Assembly: GCA_963699145.1 (NCBI GenBank)
Contig: OY969416.1
Location: 5,150,456 to 5,214,455 of the forward strand
Length of the DNA: 64,000 bases
Direction of reading: 5' to 3'
Source: an uncultured Verrucomicrobiae bacterium
GTDB lineage: Bacteria > Verrucomicrobiota > Verrucomicrobiia > Limisphaerales > DASXHY01
Made by a program: the position numbers and the translations under genes. Shown here piece by piece: positions 61,363-64,000 of this stretch; position 1 is the first letter of the stretch; every line of letters begins with the position of its first letter. Below the pieces are notes generated by a model that was not told the origin of the DNA, did no database searches, and saw nothing but the letters and a program-made list of their open reading frames with translations.

Positions 61363-63999
61363 ATGCACAAAAGAGTCCAATGGGCGGCGCGTGTGATCGC
61401 GGCTGTTTCATGCTTTGGCGTCGCCAGCAGCGAGGCGGCTCAAGTCGCGTCGTTTCCGGCGGGTGATGGCGGCTGGCAGCTCGGCACGCTGGCGGTGGGC
61501 AATCTCGACGGCGGTTCGCAACTCGAGATCGTGGTGCCGTACCGCAATTCGAGCGGGCAATGGATTCTCGACGCCTATAAAGCCAACGGCACGCGCATGC
61601 CGGGATTCCCTTACGTGGGCAGCGACCAGATCAATGTCTCGCCGACGCTTTACGACCTGGATGGCGACGGTCGCGATGAAATTATTTTCACCTGCGGCAC
61701 GAGTGTGATTGCGTTGCACGGCGATGGTTCGCTGATGTGGTCCAACCAGGTGAACCGGCTGAATTATATTCCCGATAGCGGTTTCATGACGGTGACGAAC
61801 GGGTTTTATTGGTCGAACGGCGGCGGCTTCATTTCGAACCTGCCGACCAATGCGGTTTTTTCCTCGCAAGTCTCCAGCCCGATGATTGCCGATGTGAATG
61901 GCGATGGAAAAAAGGAGGTGGTTACCGCGTGGAAGATCGATCCGGACAGCACGAGTAACGATCAGGATTTCAATCCGTTCATCAGCGACATCTGGGGCTC
62001 GGGCGAATGGGGCACGGTCGGCGAGAGCTGGTCGGGTGGCGTGGTGTTTTTTGACGCGGCGACGGGCGCGAAGCAATACGTTTATCATCTGTTGCAACTG
62101 GTCGAGTCCGGCGTCGCGCTCGGCCATGCGGATACCAACAAGCCGCTCGACACCTACGTGCTGAACGACAGCGGGAGCGTGGTGGCGTTCGACAAAACCA
62201 AACCGCATGGGCTATATGGCAGCGGGAATTTGATCGGGCAATTCGGGAAAAATTCGCAGGTCATCAGCGGTTCATACGAAATCGGCGTGGATGTCTTCAC
62301 CGCCGATCTCAATGGCGATGGCCTCAGCGAAGTGCTGGTGCCCACGACGCAATACACATCCCCCTGGCAGCCGAATGAAACGATTCTCGATCATGATGGC
62401 GCGGTGCTTTGGCGGAAGTGGAAGCAGCACGCTGATTTTCCGCTTAATCAATGGCAGAACAACGCGTGCATGATCCCGGTGAATCCGGATCATGACAATC
62501 ACTTGGACGTTCTTTCCTTCACGCACTCTTACGAAATCAATTACCGGTATTGGAACGGCGTGGAACTCGTGGACCATGCGGGCTGGCCGAAAAGTTTTTA
62601 TCCGTATCTGCCAACGCCGCCGGTGATGGGCGATGTGGATGGCGACGGGCAGGAGGAAATTGTCATCGGCACTTACGATCCGACGGGGACCAATCCCGAC
62701 GGCGCGCTCTACGTGTTCGCGCTGGATGGGACGTTGAAATATTCCGTGCCGGTACCGGGCGGGCTCAAACATATCCCGACGATCGCGAATGTGTTCGGCA
62801 ACGGACTCGATGTGGTTTATCGCTCGCTGGCGGGACGCATTTACATCCAGAATTTTGGTTCGACCAGCAGCGGAGCGGTGTCGTGGGCCACGCATCGCGG
62901 CAATAAACAGCGCGACGGCAATTTTGGGGTTTCGCTGTTTCCACGCGGGACGCCGATGATCACGAGCAAGACCACCGGGAATGGGCACGTGAGTTTTTCA
63001 TGGAGCGTGGGGACGACGAATGCGCCGCAATATTTTCAAATTCTTCGCGCGGAGCAGCCGGAAGGGCCGTTCACGCATATCGTGACGCTTACGCCCGGCG
63101 CGACGTCTTTCACCGACACGACGCTGAAACCCGGCTGCCAGTATATATATGAGGTCGGCGCGGTTTACGGAACGAACACGGTTTTGTCCGCGCCGTTCCC
63201 GATGCTCAGCGGTTTCAACAGCAATCTCGTGGCGAATGCCGGGTTTGAAGAAAACAGCGACAGTCATTGGGACAAATGGTGGGGCTCGATCGACTGGACG
63301 AACATGGTCACGACGACGAACGAGGCGTATCAGGGCACGCGCTCGATGCAGATCACGCTGTCGAACCAGACCGGCGGCGCGACCATTTCGCAATTCAACC
63401 AATACGGCACGCCGTTCTCGGCGCTGCCGGTCGCGCCCGGCACGCTTTACAGCTTCGGCGGATTTTTCAAAAGCGGCGGCATCTCGCAGCCGTCGCAGCA
63501 TTGGTTGCAATGGACTTCGGCGAAGACCGCGGTCAACACCAACGACCGCCCCACCCTGCCCTATCCCAATTATTTCACGCCCTATTTTTCCATCGGCACG
63601 ACGAACACGGATTGGACGTATGCGAATCGCACGTTTGTGATGCCGGCGGGATTTCCGAACGTGGAACTGTCGCATGCCTATTCCGCCAGCGCGCCGGCGA
63701 GCGGCTCCATTTATCTCGACAACATTTTCTTCCGCGCGCTGCCGGCGCCGAATTCCACAGCGTGGACGGAGTTGGTTCCGTTTGGTTCCGCGTGGCGTTA
63801 CAGCAGCAGCACGCCGTCGGCGAATTGGTTCGCGGCGGATTTTGCGGACACGACCTGGCCGATCGGCATCGCGAAGTTTGGCGCAGGCACCGGGCCGGCG
63901 AATATTGTAACGCCGCTGCCGCAACGGCAGCCGGTTTATTATTTCCGACGCAATTTCGCGCTCGGCTTCGAGCCGTGCGAGGAACTGCTGCTGTCCGCC
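61363..63999 (+). CDS. large secreted FG-GAP/VCBS-repeat protein with FN3-like and CBM4/9-like modules, 3' end outside window (not in the ORF track)
   Basis: My own translation from the ATG at 61363 gives 879 codons with no stop to the window end. The signal peptide is MHKRVQWAARVIAAVSCFGVASSEAAQ. FG-GAP calcium-loop motifs are DLDGDGRDEIIF, DVNGDGKKEVV, DLNGDGLSEVLV and DVDGDGQEEIVIG. Later comes NAGFEENSDSHWDKWWG (CBM-like). Confidence 0.85.
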   Translation, partial: MHKRVQWAARVIAAVSCFGVASSEAAQVASFPAGDGGWQLGTLAVGNLDGGSQLEIVVPYRNSSGQWILDAYKANGTRMPGFPYVGSDQINVSPTLYDLDGDGRDEIIFTCGTSVIALHGDGSLMWSNQVNRLNYIPDSGFMTVTNGFYWSNGGGFISNLPTNAVFSSQVSSPMIADVNGDGKKEVVTAWKIDPDSTSNDQDFNPFISDIWGSGEWGTVGESWSGGVVFFDAATGAKQYVYHLLQLVESGVALGHADTNKPLDTYVLNDSGSVVAFDKTKPHGLYGSGNLIGQFGKNSQVISGSYEIGVDVFTADLNGDGLSEVLVPTTQYTSPWQPNETILDHDGAVLWRKWKQHADFPLNQWQNNACMIPVNPDHDNHLDVLSFTHSYEINYRYWNGVELVDHAGWPKSFYPYLPTPPVMGDVDGDGQEEIVIGTYDPTGTNPDGALYVFALDGTLKYSVPVPGGLKHIPTIANVFGNGLDVVYRSLAGRIYIQNFGSTSSGAVSWATHRGNKQRDGNFGVSLFPRGTPMITSKTTGNGHVSFSWSVGTTNAPQYFQILRAEQPEGPFTHIVTLTPGATSFTDTTLKPGCQYIYEVGAVYGTNTVLSAPFPMLSGFNSNLVANAGFEENSDSHWDKWWGSIDWTNMVTTTNEAYQGTRSMQITLSNQTGGATISQFNQYGTPFSALPVAPGTLYSFGGFFKSGGISQPSQHWLQWTSAKTAVNTNDRPTLPYPNYFTPYFSIGTTNTDWTYANRTFVMPAGFPNVELSHAYSASAPASGSIYLDNIFFRALPAPNSTAWTELVPFGSAWRYSSSTPSANWFAADFADTTWPIGIAKFGAGTGPANIVTPLPQRQPVYYFRRNFALGFEPCEELLLSA

Positions 64000-64000
64000 A

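Noticed and set aside
61408-63924. Three consecutive minus-strand ORFs (266, 238 and 308 aa) that look like an operon in the ORF track.
   Set aside because: They are antisense to the uninterrupted plus-strand FG-GAP/CBM-like gene starting at 61363. Their products are Arg-rich with no motifs.
1-64000. Search for tRNA, rRNA, tmRNA, RNase P or riboswitch-like sequences in the intergenic regions.
   Set aside because: I found no cloverleaf-compatible sequence with a T-loop GTTCGAATC/GGTTCRA-type motif, and no recognisable conserved ncRNA cores by eye. This is a manual scan only, so tRNAscan-SE or Infernal should be run to confirm.

Overview
GC-rich bacterial chromosomal window with AT-richer, repeat-filled intergenic spacers. 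Gene content suggests a diderm PVC-superphylum organism, probably Verrucomicrobiota: a Gloeo_Verruco-type tandem-repeat protein, a prepilin-type N-terminal protein with an exact H-X9-DG motif, a PEP-CTERM protein, a SET-domain protein and a PilQ secretin. This taxonomic call is inference. Layout: (1) 0-4 kb, 5'-truncated pilO / pilP-like / pilQ operon plus an unknown secreted protein. (2) 4.4-24.6 kb, housekeeping and accessory genes, including an outer-membrane channel with mntH, uspA, class V aminotransferase, orphan gspF-like, trxA, RRM protein, SET protein, rluA-family, acyltransferase, GH127, GT28, cutA, GNAT, tag and a VOC protein. (3) 24.8-38.5 kb, one minus-strand ribosomal cluster running rplB to rplQ with secY, map, infA, rpmJ and rpoA. 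Its upstream half (rpsJ-rplW) is missing, and an IS110-like transposase remnant lies about 0.6 kb upstream of the rplB start. (4) 39.4-50 kb, DUF892 protein, repeat proteins, an EF-G paralogue, a RelE/antitoxin pair, polA and a serine hydrolase. (5) 50-61 kb, an accessory-looking stretch. Its centrepiece is a four-gene, translationally coupled operon (52296-57332, minus strand) of three small helical WXG100-like proteins and a 1295-aa membrane FtsK/SpoIIIE ATPase with three P-loop-type modules. I read this as a minimal type-VII-like (ESX/Ess-like) export module in a diderm host, and it is the best candidate for a novel system. (6) 61.4-64 kb, an open-ended FG-GAP/CBM-like secreted protein that is absent from the supplied ORF track. 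No tRNA, rRNA or CRISPR array was found. Many long ORFs in the track are antisense shadows typical of GC-rich DNA. At least ten families of short word-repeat hairpins occupy most spacers, including eight intercistronic spacers of the ribosomal operon.
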